This document shows positions 44,930 to 55,342 of a stretch of 64,000 bases of DNA, piece after piece. Below the pieces are notes generated by a model. That model was not told the origin of the DNA. It saw only the letters and a program-made list of their open reading frames with translations, and ran no database searches. Source of the DNA: a virus (taxonomy: Duplodnaviria; Caudoviricetes); the IMG/VR virus record IMGVR_UViG_2706795806_000001, positions 35,731-99,730 of that record; one strand, written 5' to 3'. Every line of letters starts with the position of its first letter. Positions within the stretch are counted from its first letter, which is position 1. The position numbers and the translations under genes are program-made.

Positions 44930-45994
44930 ATGGATTTTATGAAAGATATTGTTGACATTCAGATCACAAACGTAACTGGTAATACCAACACTACAGATTT
45001 GAATACAATCCTCATTATGGCAAAACATGACAAGCTTAAAGCCCCTGAGATGTTTGCTGTTTTCACAGAGTTGACACAGGTGACAGAAGCTAAGTTTGAG
45101 AAGACTTCTTATGTTTATAAATCAGCTCAACTTGCATTCTCCCAAACACGTAGACCTAAACAAATTGTTGTTAGTAAAGGTGTTGAAGCTGAAGGCAGTT
45201 ATGTAGATATGTTTGAAAAAATGCAAATGATCAATCAAGGTTGGTTGTGGTTAGTTTCAGACTTACGTGATCCTGTCAAGCAATTAGAACTTGCTAAGGC
45301 TGTTCAGGCAACTGAGAAGTTCTATGCAATTGGTTCAAGTGATGCAAATGCTGTAGTAAGTACAAACAAGACTGATATTGGTTCACTGATCCAGTCTAAC
45401 CAATTAAGCCAATCTTATGCTTGGTTTGATGTGGCAGATACAGACCTTAAAACATACAGTGCTACAGAGATTGCTCTCTTGGCTCGTTGTGGTGGTGATG
45501 TTGCTGGTACAGTTCAATTCTTGCTTAAAGAGCTTGTTGGTGTCCCAAGTCCAGATGCTATTGTTGATACAAAAGCAAAGCAAAAGATTTTGACAGACAA
45601 AGGCTATACATACTGTGCTGTTGGTAACAAGAAAGTTTACTCTTTCGGTGCTGGTAAGCTTGGTAATGGAGAGTGGATTGACATTGGTTTGGCAACAACT
45701 TGGATCAAAGTTAATATCCGTGAGCGAATTTTCAACACCCTAACAAGTGTAGATACTTTGCCAATGGAAAACGATGGTGCGAGTGTTATCGAAGGAGATG
45801 TACGTTCAGTCCTTATGGAAGCTCGTGATCTTGGTATCGTAGCAAATGACAGCCCAATTGTAGTAACTGTTCCAGACGTTACACAGTTAAGTAAAGTTAC
45901 TCGTTCTAAACGTAATCTTCCGAGAGTTCGATTCTCTTGTCGTTTACGTGGTGCGATTATCGGTACTGAAGTTCGTGGTGAAGTGTACGAGTAA
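44930..45994 (+). CDS. tail sheath protein (DUF3383-like)
   Basis: AFSQ..RP, GEWID, LRGAI motifs. Confidence 0.85.
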   Translation: MDFMKDIVDIQITNVTGNTNTTDLNTILIMAKHDKLKAPEMFAVFTELTQVTEAKFEKTSYVYKSAQLAFSQTRRPKQIVVSKGVEAEGSYVDMFEKMQMINQGWLWLVSDLRDPVKQLELAKAVQATEKFYAIGSSDANAVVSTNKTDIGSLIQSNQLSQSYAWFDVADTDLKTYSATEIALLARCGGDVAGTVQFLLKELVGVPSPDAIVDTKAKQKILTDKGYTYCAVGNKKVYSFGAGKLGNGEWIDIGLATTWIKVNIRERIFNTLTSVDTLPMENDGASVIEGDVRSVLMEARDLGIVANDSPIVVTVPDVTQLSKVTRSKRNLPRVRFSCRLRGAIIGTEVRGEVYE

Positions 45995-46042
45995 TCGTCG
46001 CTTCAACCCAACTAATAATTTTAATTTAAGAGGACAATATAT

Positions 46043-46576
46043 ATGGCTAATAAAACTGGTGTATACGATTTCAGTAAGTGTATCGTTCTAATTAAGCACC
46101 CATTGTATGAAGGTAACATCCTTATTGATGGGTTCATGAATGATACATCAATCACAGTGGCTCGTAATGATCCACGTTGGTCTCAAAACTCTTCAGGTGA
46201 TGGTAAGGCTTCAACCCTTGTCCGTAACCCAATTGATGCAGGGACAATCACATTTACTCTAAACCAATCTACGGATTCTTTAGGTAAGATGAATGCTATT
46301 GCACAACATGCCAATATTAGTGATGGACATGATTTGATGTTTGAAATCACTGTTGCTGATAAGAGTTCTGGTTCTTTCCACTTCAGTCGTGATGCGATTG
46401 TTGGTGATCCAGAGAGTGTTGAGTATGGTCGTGAAGAGAATGGTCGTGAGTTCCAAGTTCAATGTGGTTCTTTATCAAACAACCTTAACGGTTCTGCTAA
46501 AGTTCCTCAAGAGACATTGCGAATCATCAAAGCTCTTGGTTTCGATCTTGATGCTTCACGAGTAGCTGATTACTAA
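46043..46576 (+). CDS. tail tube protein
   Basis: YD...GF...GTITFTLNQST. Confidence 0.8.
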   Translation: MANKTGVYDFSKCIVLIKHPLYEGNILIDGFMNDTSITVARNDPRWSQNSSGDGKASTLVRNPIDAGTITFTLNQSTDSLGKMNAIAQHANISDGHDLMFEITVADKSSGSFHFSRDAIVGDPESVEYGREENGREFQVQCGSLSNNLNGSAKVPQETLRIIKALGFDLDASRVADY

Positions 46577-46586
46577 GGAGAAATAG

Positions 46587-47156
46587 ATGAGCGTATCAAT
46601 TTTAGACCCAGCCAAGTTAAGTTTAAACATTCTTGGTTGTAAGGTAGAGGGATTTTCTGAAGGATCATTTGTAACGATCCAAAAGGAGTCACCAACATTC
46701 TCTACCAAGACTTCGGTTAAAGGTTCAAAAATGGTGACACGCCATCGGCACTCTGACTACACACTGACATTCAGACTTGACAATACAGCAGTTGCTAACA
46801 CTTGGTTGCACTCTATTCACAAACTCCAAGAGATGTATGGGATTGTTTTTCCAGTCCCTATCATCTACAAGGATAAGAATGGAGAGACCTCTTTCTTCTG
46901 TGTTACAGGGATTCTTGAAGAGCCTAGAGTTGATCAAGGTTCTACTGTAAACCCTACAGAATGGAAGGTTATCTGCCCTAAAGTAATGAATACGATTGGT
47001 GGTAGTGGTAAAGAGGCTATGGTGGCTAAAGTGTTGCAAACATTAACGACTGTGTTGTCTATGGCTGATTTTGCTGGACTTGACCTATCAGGGATTCAAG
47101 GACAGGCGAGAGGTTTAATGGATAAAGCATCCTCAACGATTGGAGGTATGTTTTGA
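46587..47156 (+). CDS. tail tube-like protein (paralog)
   Basis: LDPAKLSL...GFSEGSFVTI. Confidence 0.65.
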   Translation: MSVSILDPAKLSLNILGCKVEGFSEGSFVTIQKESPTFSTKTSVKGSKMVTRHRHSDYTLTFRLDNTAVANTWLHSIHKLQEMYGIVFPVPIIYKDKNGETSFFCVTGILEEPRVDQGSTVNPTEWKVICPKVMNTIGGSGKEAMVAKVLQTLTTVLSMADFAGLDLSGIQGQARGLMDKASSTIGGMF

Positions 47157-47602
47157 ATATAATTGATAAGATTGTAAAAAAGGTTGGTGTCTATAATTTT
47201 GACCCTTCCAACACAGATTTAATTATTGCTGGTTATACGATGAGTGATTACACAAGCGTAACACTTACACCTAACCAACGTAGGAGAACAGAACAGGGGA
47301 TTGATCCTCTATATCACACGTATGTAGATTTACCATCATATTGTGACCTAAGTGTTTCTATCCTTCCAGCATGTCCTGACTTGCAGTTCATGGAAGATTT
47401 ACAAGATGCCTTAGAACTTATGAAGGGATATTTCGAAGTTACACTCAAACAAAACGGACGCTTCATTGGTACTTATGATTGCTATTTCAAGAATGATTCA
47501 GCAGATATAGTAAGTGGTGATGCAAACGACAAGACCTATGAAATGGTAGCCGTTAAACAGAATGATAGCGTCTTTAAGACTGAAGATAGCTTAGATTTAT
47601 AA
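47153..47602 (+). CDS. tail tube-like protein (paralog)
   Basis: FDPSNTDLIIAG. Confidence 0.6.
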   Translation: MNIIDKIVKKVGVYNFDPSNTDLIIAGYTMSDYTSVTLTPNQRRRTEQGIDPLYHTYVDLPSYCDLSVSILPACPDLQFMEDLQDALELMKGYFEVTLKQNGRFIGTYDCYFKNDSADIVSGDANDKTYEMVAVKQNDSVFKTEDSLDL

Positions 47603-47615
47603 TTAGGAGATTATT

Positions 47616-48095
47616 ATGGAAATGCAAAAAGCAGTAGTAACCGACATTCAAGGTCGTGATGGATTTCGTACCGTACAGTATGAGAATAACAAGATTTTCG
47701 TGATCAAACCGTTTCGTGGTAAGCAGGGTACACGACTATCAATGACACTGGCTAAATATGCCTCTGGTGCTTTTGGTGGAATCCTAGTTGGTGTTGTTGA
47801 CCAGATCAGTGATGGTACGGATGTTGACAAGCTTGACACAATTGGTCTTATGATCTCAGGTGTTCTTGAAGGTGCTTTCACAGAGTTAGATGATCCTAAA
47901 TTCCAAGATTTCTTCTTTGAATTATTCTCTAATGTTTCTGTAGATGGACAACCTCTTGACTATGACCGTGAGTTCCAGTTGGACTTTGGATTACCATTCG
48001 ATTTAGTTCGTCACATTGTTACTTACAACTTCTCATCGGTTTTTCAGCGACTCGGTATCGGTGCGCTCTTAAAGAAAAAGGAACAGAGCGAGTAA
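47616..48095 (+). CDS. tail assembly chaperone (gpG-like)
   Basis: Precedes the tape measure gene; slippery GGTTTTT at 48038. Confidence 0.75.
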   Translation: MEMQKAVVTDIQGRDGFRTVQYENNKIFVIKPFRGKQGTRLSMTLAKYASGAFGGILVGVVDQISDGTDVDKLDTIGLMISGVLEGAFTELDDPKFQDFFFELFSNVSVDGQPLDYDREFQLDFGLPFDLVRHIVTYNFSSVFQRLGIGALLKKKEQSE

Positions 48096-48328
48096 GCGAT
48101 TCGAGGGTAAACAATAGGGAGTATAAAGCATTAGAACAAAATATGTCACTCCCTAAAGAGTGGATTCATATTCTAAATGCTGAAGCTCCTCTTTTATCTT
48201 TAGAGTATTTAATAAATGACGCTACTATCGAAGATGTGTATGACGCACTCGAAATGATGGAAGTGCAAAAATATTTAAGATTAGAAGCGGAGAAATTTAA
48301 CGATGGCAACAAAGATAGAAGTAGCTAA
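48038..48328 (+). CDS. -1 frameshift extension of the tail chaperone (gpT-like)
   Basis: -1 frame open from 48038 to the stop at 48328. Confidence 0.7.
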   Translation, partial: GFSATRYRCALKEKGTERVSDSRVNNREYKALEQNMSLPKEWIHILNAEAPLLSLEYLINDATIEDVYDALEMMEVQKYLRLEAEKFNDGNKDRSS

Positions 48329-50303
48329 ACTCTTTTCCAAGATGGGTTTTGAAATTGATACGACCCAGCTTGAGAAATTTGAGCAACTTACAAGAACGAT
48401 TAGAACATCGACTGTCAAGTTAGCTCGTGATTTACGACAGACAAACAATCAATTGACATCTGTATCATCTAAATTGAAGACTGTCAACAGTGGACTTAAT
48501 TCAGTAAATTCTAGGAAAGGTGCTGGTAATCTTGCACAAAGTTATGCAAGCCTTTCTAAGAATGTGAATGTGTCACAAACAGCTTTAAATAGATTTAGTA
48601 GCACAGTAACTGCTGTAGAGCCTAAATTAGCCACACAGACAAGCACTGTAGCTCGATTAGCACAACAATGGGGTGAATATGCCATCCGTGTTAAAGAAGC
48701 CAACAGACAGCTTAGGGATCGCCCTAGTGGACAGCCTCCAAGACCTCCTTCTGGCGGTGGAGCTGGTTCAGGTGGTGGAAGACCTTCAGGAGCTGGTGGC
48801 GGTGGTGTTGGAGCTGGGTTAGCTGGTGGTGCTATGGCACGAATGGCTGGACACTTCATTAACCCTGCTTATATGGCTGGTGCTGGTGGTGCTTATGCTG
48901 TTAAAGAGGTTATTAAGGTTGGTCGTGAATACCAAAAAATGAAACAAGTTTTGTTAGCCTCTTCGAAGAACCAAGAAGAGTTCAACATGCACTTAAAATT
49001 CACAGAAGAGACTACAAACCGACTAGGTACAAACGTAACAGAGTTTGGTAGTGCTTACGCTAAGATGCTTCAGGCTGTTGGTGGTAAGTTGAAGAATGAG
49101 GAGACTCAAGGAATCTTCACTAAGTTCTCTGAATTGATGGTTGTACTTGGATCAAGTGACGATGACCAAAAAGGTATTTTCCGAGCAATGTCTCAGATGT
49201 TCTCCAAAGGTAAAATCCAGATGGAGGAGATCAACCAGATGGCTGAACGTAACGTACCAGCACTGGCAATGATGACAAGGGCTTATAAAGAGTTAGGAAT
49301 GACAACTGCTGAGTTTGAGAAAGCTCAACGTGAAGGTAAGTTAGACCCTACCAAATTCATGCCACTCTTCGGTAAGTATGCTCGTGAGTTCGCTACAAAC
49401 AACGATGCTTTGCAAAAGGCAATGGATAGTAGTGTTACCCAACAAGGTATCTTCATGAACCAAATGCGTAAGCTTTCGAATCAAATCATGGAAGCTGGTC
49501 TTGATAAAGCACTAGGTCAAATGTTTAAGGGTTTAACAGCTCTTGGTACAGCATTCGCACCTCTAGCAATCTGGATAACAAAAGCGACATTAGGTTTGAT
49601 TGAGTTCATTAAAGCAATTTATGACTTCGCCAAAGCACACCCTATTATCGCTGGATTGTTAGGAACATTGCTAGGTGGATTTGTTGGGCTTAGGATGGCA
49701 ATGAGGGCTGGTATTACAGTAGGTGGTGCATTCTTCGTTGCAATGGTCAGAGGTCTTCAAATGCTGAAGGTTGCCATGATTAAGACTGCTATCCTTGCAG
49801 TATTCATTGGTATCGCTGAAGTGTTAGTTGCTTTGTATGATCACATGAATGGAGATAAGAACTGGTTATCTGTAACAATTGGATGGTTTGAATTACTTGG
49901 ATTAAAGATCAAGAGTGTTTGGCTTGACTTCCAGATGTTAATTTCTGCACTAACAAGAGGTATTAAAGATAGTTGGGTTGGAAGATTCTTTGAGAAGATT
50001 TTCAGCTTTGACTTTGGAGATGCTTTCAAAGGTGCTGGTGATGCCTATGCTGATGGAGCTGGCGCACAAACTGTTCCTCAAGTACCTATGAGACAGGCTG
50101 GACAAAATCCACTTGCCTTGAGTCCTGAACAGTTAAATACATTCAAACAGAATATGGGTTACTCAGGACAAGTTCCAATGGGTAATGGTAATAAGATGTT
50201 TGGTAATATGAACGTAGGTTATAAGCTTGAAATTGTAAATGGAAAGCAAGTAATTACTTCAACAAATACACAGACAGTCAACATTGGAGGATTGAAAAAA
50301 TGA
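48303..50303 (+). CDS. tape measure protein
   Basis: AMSQMFSKGKIQMEEINQMAE tape-measure domain, TM segments. Confidence 0.92.
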   Translation: MATKIEVAKLFSKMGFEIDTTQLEKFEQLTRTIRTSTVKLARDLRQTNNQLTSVSSKLKTVNSGLNSVNSRKGAGNLAQSYASLSKNVNVSQTALNRFSSTVTAVEPKLATQTSTVARLAQQWGEYAIRVKEANRQLRDRPSGQPPRPPSGGGAGSGGGRPSGAGGGGVGAGLAGGAMARMAGHFINPAYMAGAGGAYAVKEVIKVGREYQKMKQVLLASSKNQEEFNMHLKFTEETTNRLGTNVTEFGSAYAKMLQAVGGKLKNEETQGIFTKFSELMVVLGSSDDDQKGIFRAMSQMFSKGKIQMEEINQMAERNVPALAMMTRAYKELGMTTAEFEKAQREGKLDPTKFMPLFGKYAREFATNNDALQKAMDSSVTQQGIFMNQMRKLSNQIMEAGLDKALGQMFKGLTALGTAFAPLAIWITKATLGLIEFIKAIYDFAKAHPIIAGLLGTLLGGFVGLRMAMRAGITVGGAFFVAMVRGLQMLKVAMIKTAILAVFIGIAEVLVALYDHMNGDKNWLSVTIGWFELLGLKIKSVWLDFQMLISALTRGIKDSWVGRFFEKIFSFDFGDAFKGAGDAYADGAGAQTVPQVPMRQAGQNPLALSPEQLNTFKQNMGYSGQVPMGNGNKMFGNMNVGYKLEIVNGKQVITSTNTQTVNIGGLKK

Positions 50304-51172
50304 TTTATACAATTGTCCTTTTTAGTGAGGATGGTGCGGTTGATGAAACAATCGTATTTGACTCAGTATCTGGGTTCGATGAGACTTATTCATCTTCAAT
50401 CCCTCAAGCTCCTGTAGAGAATGGCTTCAGTTTAAGTGACCACATTATCAAGGGGAATGATAAATTCTCCATGAGTGGTGTAATCACAGACTCATTGTTC
50501 AGACGAAAAGGTGCATTAATTCAATATGTTAATGGTCGTTTCGTCAGAATGTATGAAGATGTTGATCCACTTCCTACTGAGAATCCAATCGTTACTATGA
50601 AGGCTAGGATTAAGAAACTTCGAGATGATCGTGAAATCTTTGGTGTCTTTGAATCTCTTAGAGGTTTTAATGAGACCGAGACCTCTCAGGTTAATCTTAT
50701 TTATCCTTGTGCATTAACGGATGTTTCATTCTCAAATAAGGATGGTGGTAATGCCATCTACCCTAATATGTCTTTTGAAAGGATTCGTATTTCTACAGTT
50801 GATTTTAAGGTTGTAGAGAATCCATCACCTGAGTTGATCCCACACATTAAACACAACAATGGTGGTAATCAGACTGGTGACTCTGGTGCTGTTAAAATCG
50901 CTGATGCTGGCTCTCCTGACTTAAAAGCTCAGGCAGATGCTGGAAAGAGTGTAGTACCTAAAGAGTTGAAGAAAGAGGAGTCATGGGCTGACAAGAAGGT
51001 TGCACAACAACAGAAGCAGAAAGACATTCTACTGGCTACCAACAAGGCTAAAGAGAAAGCATCTCAATTAATCTCTGAAGGTAAGCTTGGTTATGGACAA
51101 TCTGGTGCTTATGTTGCTGATCAAGTTTCTAAAGATATGAAACCTAAATATGGAGCTAAGTGGGACGAATGA
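50300..51172 (+). CDS. distal tail/tube-initiator-like protein
   Basis: PVENGFSLSDHI motif. Confidence 0.7.
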   Translation: MIYTIVLFSEDGAVDETIVFDSVSGFDETYSSSIPQAPVENGFSLSDHIIKGNDKFSMSGVITDSLFRRKGALIQYVNGRFVRMYEDVDPLPTENPIVTMKARIKKLRDDREIFGVFESLRGFNETETSQVNLIYPCALTDVSFSNKDGGNAIYPNMSFERIRISTVDFKVVENPSPELIPHIKHNNGGNQTGDSGAVKIADAGSPDLKAQADAGKSVVPKELKKEESWADKKVAQQQKQKDILLATNKAKEKASQLISEGKLGYGQSGAYVADQVSKDMKPKYGAKWDE

Positions 51173-51504
51173 GTTATTTCAATTATACAAAAGTGAATAT
51201 CATTGATGATCCAAGTTACACATTCACAGCCACTTGCTTTGAGCAAACTTTGAATTGCACTGTAACTTGGATTGATAGGATCAAGAAGAGAGCTATTACT
51301 ATCTTAGGTGGTAATGGTGATGTCTACCTTCAAAATACAGTAATCACAATTGATGAGCCACTGGCTTTCAATATGAATGCGATTGAAGATGACTTTGGTT
51401 GTAGTATAGTTTTACAGCATCTTCCCGATGCTGACAATACTGTAGATTATTTAAATTGGTCAAGGAATATGTTCTTGACTGTGTACCGTATTACAGAGGA
51501 GTAA
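51169..51504 (+). CDS. baseplate protein
   Basis: Position. Confidence 0.6.
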   Translation: MSYFNYTKVNIIDDPSYTFTATCFEQTLNCTVTWIDRIKKRAITILGGNGDVYLQNTVITIDEPLAFNMNAIEDDFGCSIVLQHLPDADNTVDYLNWSRNMFLTVYRITEE

Positions 51505-51509
51505 ATAAT

Positions 51510-52736
51510 ATGCTTGGTGGTGACATTCAATGGGGTAGACATGCTGAAGTTATTTTTACCAACTTCGATTCAGGGCTTGTTACTACCATCAAAAGCAATG
51601 AGATTGACAATAACAATAAAGTTATTGGAGATGGTTTAAGGATTGCTTTTGAGTACACAAAAAATGATGATCAGGGTTACGACACTCCAAATGGTAAAGT
51701 CGTGATCTATGGTCTTACTGAGAAAACATTTAACTCTCTTGGTGACAGGTTACGTTGTGAACTTGAAGTCAAGGCTGGTTATTTGAGATCACAGAAGAAT
51801 GCTCCTAAAAGATTATTCTATGCCGTACTGATGGACAAAACTTATGAAATCCAAGATGGTATGAGTGTTGCGACATTCACAGTTCTTGGGGACTTTATTG
51901 AGAAGGTAGTGGCTACAAAAATGTCAATGAATTTACCTAAACCGACTTTAGTTGACATTATGGTATCTATTTCTGAAGGGATGAATAAAGGCTTTGCAAT
52001 GCAGTTGACAGGATCAGAAGATGATAATCAAATCATGGCTGAGTACCTACAGAAATGGAGAGTTTCACCTTATGGTTACTCTTTTGCAAATACACCAAAA
52101 CAGGAACTGAAGAGATTAAGAGAGTCTTTCGGTATAGCTCACAGAGTTGAGTCTGATATGGTTGTGTTCTCAATTCTGGACAACTGGTATAACTGGCACT
52201 TAGATGGTGCAAAGCAGATTTCAGAGATTAATAAACAGAAAGCCAACAATGCTTTGGTAGCTGAAAATAAGACAGCAACTGAGGCTAAAGATACAAAACC
52301 TACAGACAAGTCAGGAAAGAAAATCAACTTGGTTAAGACACATGCTTTAGTTCTTACACCAGATACAGGTTTGATTGGAAGTCCTGTACTGAAGACGAAG
52401 ATTGTAGATAAACAATACGACTCAGCTTTAGGTGAAGGTGAAGAGGTTTGGTCTAAGAAAGAGCAAAAAGTAATCAGAGATAAAAAGACTGGTGAAGTTA
52501 AGAAAGATAAGAAGACTGGTGAAGTCAAGATGACTAAGAAACCCAAGAATATGAAAGTTGCTAGACGTACTGTAACAGCTAAATGCTATATCAACAGTAT
52601 GCTTGGTTTTAACTCTCAAGTTTCTATTCAAACTGACTCAGCTATCTGTGATGGAGTTTACCGAGTTCGTAGTGTCAAGATTAATGGAGACACTGATGGA
52701 TCGGATTGGTTTATGGAGTTGGAATTAAATGAGTGA
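51510..52736 (+). CDS. baseplate hub protein
   Basis: LEVKAGY, TGLIGSP, GVYRV...GDTDGSDW. Confidence 0.75.
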   Translation: MLGGDIQWGRHAEVIFTNFDSGLVTTIKSNEIDNNNKVIGDGLRIAFEYTKNDDQGYDTPNGKVVIYGLTEKTFNSLGDRLRCELEVKAGYLRSQKNAPKRLFYAVLMDKTYEIQDGMSVATFTVLGDFIEKVVATKMSMNLPKPTLVDIMVSISEGMNKGFAMQLTGSEDDNQIMAEYLQKWRVSPYGYSFANTPKQELKRLRESFGIAHRVESDMVVFSILDNWYNWHLDGAKQISEINKQKANNALVAENKTATEAKDTKPTDKSGKKINLVKTHALVLTPDTGLIGSPVLKTKIVDKQYDSALGEGEEVWSKKEQKVIRDKKTGEVKKDKKTGEVKMTKKPKNMKVARRTVTAKCYINSMLGFNSQVSIQTDSAICDGVYRVRSVKINGDTDGSDWFMELELNE

Positions 52737-53496
52737 TAATACTTTTACAATTGAATTAGCTCCAGACGTTGTTGATCTTGGAGGAAGTGACGAGGTTATC
52801 CACCTTGAACCTTTACTGTACAACTTTGTCGATGAGTATATAAGAGGGTTGAATTTCTGTATTCCAGCTCGTGTTGTCAATGTACAGCATGTAGAAGAAC
52901 TCAGAGTAGATGTTCAACCTCTTCCAAAAATTAGGCATGAAGACAACACTGTTACAGATATGCCTATTATCACAAATGTTCCAATGATGATGTTTGGTAC
53001 AGATGATAGTGCAATCTTGATTTCACCAAAGCAAGGTCAGACAGTTTTACTTTTATTCTCCCAGTTAAGTCTTGATGAGTTTAAAGGTGGAAGTATTTTA
53101 CCTTACTCAGCTCTAAGTAATAGGAAGTGTGATTTACAGGATGCTATTGCTATCCCAAGTATCTTCCCATTCAACCGTAGTCCTAACCGTACCGTCAGAC
53201 ACTACACAGATCACTCTACAGAGGATTTGACAGTAGTACATAACTTAGGTACAGAAAAGGAAAACAAAGTCACCCTGAAGCGTTCAGGAGCTATTGGAGT
53301 GATCAGTACGAAGAGTGTTGACATAGATACCCCAACAACAAACATTAGTGGAGATTTAAATGTCAAAGGAGAGATTAATGTTGACATTGATGTGAAGATT
53401 GCTGGAAGAAGTGTTAAGACGTTCATGGATACACATACACACAACTACACAGATGATGGTAGCCCTGCTGTTACTGCTGTGCCAAATGAGACTTAA
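52729..53496 (+). CDS. baseplate central spike (gp138/gpV-like)
   Basis: IPARV...VDVQP, C-terminal HTH iron-binding tip. Confidence 0.85.
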   Translation: MSDNTFTIELAPDVVDLGGSDEVIHLEPLLYNFVDEYIRGLNFCIPARVVNVQHVEELRVDVQPLPKIRHEDNTVTDMPIITNVPMMMFGTDDSAILISPKQGQTVLLLFSQLSLDEFKGGSILPYSALSNRKCDLQDAIAIPSIFPFNRSPNRTVRHYTDHSTEDLTVVHNLGTEKENKVTLKRSGAIGVISTKSVDIDTPTTNISGDLNVKGEINVDIDVKIAGRSVKTFMDTHTHNYTDDGSPAVTAVPNET

Positions 53497-53499
53497 TTT

Positions 53500-53877
53500 A
53501 TGGATATTAAACTAGGAAGCGAGGGAGTAGTTCTTGAGAAAGGAAAACTTAAAATCACATCGAGTCGTGGTGAGTCCCTTGCACAACGATTAACGATTCG
53601 ACTTAGAACACATTTTGGTAGTTGGTTTCTAAATACTCAGTATGGTATTGATTATTTCAAACGTGTATTTGAGAAGACTATCCCTAAAACTTCTATTGAT
53701 GCTTTGTTTCAGGCAGAGATCAATAAGGATGTTCGGGTAGCTAAGATTCTGGATTTTCATAGTGATATTGTCCAGAACACATACAAGATGCGATTCAAAG
53801 TAAAAGCGAAGGATGGTACTGTCAGTGATCAAGTATCTCTTACAGCCACTCCTTCAGGTATTTCAGTAAATTTTTAA
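53500..53877 (+). CDS. baseplate wedge protein (gp25/W-like)
   Basis: QRLTIRL...GSWFLNTQYGIDY. Confidence 0.8.
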   Translation: MDIKLGSEGVVLEKGKLKITSSRGESLAQRLTIRLRTHFGSWFLNTQYGIDYFKRVFEKTIPKTSIDALFQAEINKDVRVAKILDFHSDIVQNTYKMRFKVKAKDGTVSDQVSLTATPSGISVNF

Positions 53878-53887
53878 GAGGTGTTTT

Positions 53888-55330
53888 ATGGCTATTTTAA
53901 ACGACAGTGGTATTGAGATTCAAAAACTCGAAGGTATCCTTCAGGAACTTCAATCTATCGCAAAGAAAAAGTTTGCCGATTTGGTAGACCCAAAAGATGA
54001 ATTAGATGTTAGTGACAGTTCACTTCTTGGACGTATTCTTGGTATCGTAGCAGAGCCAGAAGCATCAAATGAAGAGTTACTGTTTATGCTTTGGCAGTCA
54101 CTTGATCCTGACCAAGCTGAAGGCATCTATCTTGATAAGATTTTAAATCTTGTTGGAGTGAAAAGAAAGTCAGAAACCAGAGGATATTCAGGCTTGATGC
54201 TTCACGGTAAAATGGGTGCAACAGTTCCAGAAAAGAGTATGGTTTCAAGTAACTTGACAGGTGATGTATTCGAGACAACAACAGGAGTTACTTTCTCTAA
54301 TACAGATACAAACGGTGTAGTTGTCAAGATTGAAACTATTGTCCCTAACACAGTATATAAACTAGGTTATACAAGCACTTACGGAACTAACACATACCCA
54401 ACGATCACAACAAGAAGTGTTGAAGGTGACACAAAAGAGATGGTTGCTAGGCGTTTTATGGAGACTGTGAATAGTAGTTCTACACTCCTTGAAGCTACAG
54501 TTGACAATGATGACAACATTAAAGTTGTTTTTAAGAATCAAAACTACATTGGAAACTTCACAGCACAGACAGATGGTATTAAGTTGATTGAGAGTTTCAT
54601 GCCTGTTTCAAGTATCTCTATCACAGCAGATGCTGTTCGTCAAGCATCTAATACACTTGATGTTATGCAAACTTCTGTTGTTGGTTGGATTGGGGTTACA
54701 AACCCATTTGACAGTATTGCCAGTGAGCCGAAAGAGGATGACGTAGCATTTAGAACAAGAGGAAGATTCTCTCGTGGGATGAAGTCAGTAAGTAACCGAG
54801 TTTCAATGTACTCAGACTTATATGATCTTGATGGTGTTCGTTTTGTCAATATCAAAGAGAATATCTATGATAACCCTGCTGGTGGTAGAAGCTCTAAAGG
54901 TATTTCTGTAGTTGTTCTTGGTGGTAATGATCAAGACATTGCACAAACTATCTTTAACAACCTTCCTTTAGGATGTGCAACAGATGGAGTTCTTGAAGAG
55001 CCTGTATACGACGAAGCTGGTGTAACTAAAGTTAAGTTCAGTCGTCCAGAAGTTGTTGATGTTGTGATTAGTATCTCACTATCTGCTGACAGCACTTTCC
55101 CTCAAAACGGTAAGGTACTTATTCAAGAGGCAATAGTGCGCCACATTGATTCGCTTGATGTTGGTGATTCAATTGTTTGGTCTAAACTGTTTAGTCCTAT
55201 CAATGAAGTTAAAGGTCAGAGTGTCAATAGTTTACTTATTGGTAAGAAAGGAGAGCCACTAACTTCAGGAAATATCGACCTTAACTTCAACCAAATTCCT
55301 TCAATTTCATTTGAAAACATCGACATTTAA
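53888..55330 (+). CDS. baseplate J-like protein
   Basis: AEGIYLD, EDDVAFRTR, VVLGGNDQDIA. Confidence 0.9.
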   Translation: MAILNDSGIEIQKLEGILQELQSIAKKKFADLVDPKDELDVSDSSLLGRILGIVAEPEASNEELLFMLWQSLDPDQAEGIYLDKILNLVGVKRKSETRGYSGLMLHGKMGATVPEKSMVSSNLTGDVFETTTGVTFSNTDTNGVVVKIETIVPNTVYKLGYTSTYGTNTYPTITTRSVEGDTKEMVARRFMETVNSSSTLLEATVDNDDNIKVVFKNQNYIGNFTAQTDGIKLIESFMPVSSISITADAVRQASNTLDVMQTSVVGWIGVTNPFDSIASEPKEDDVAFRTRGRFSRGMKSVSNRVSMYSDLYDLDGVRFVNIKENIYDNPAGGRSSKGISVVVLGGNDQDIAQTIFNNLPLGCATDGVLEEPVYDEAGVTKVKFSRPEVVDVVISISLSADSTFPQNGKVLIQEAIVRHIDSLDVGDSIVWSKLFSPINEVKGQSVNSLLIGKKGEPLTSGNIDLNFNQIPSISFENIDI

Positions 55331-55342
55331 TAGGAGAAAACT

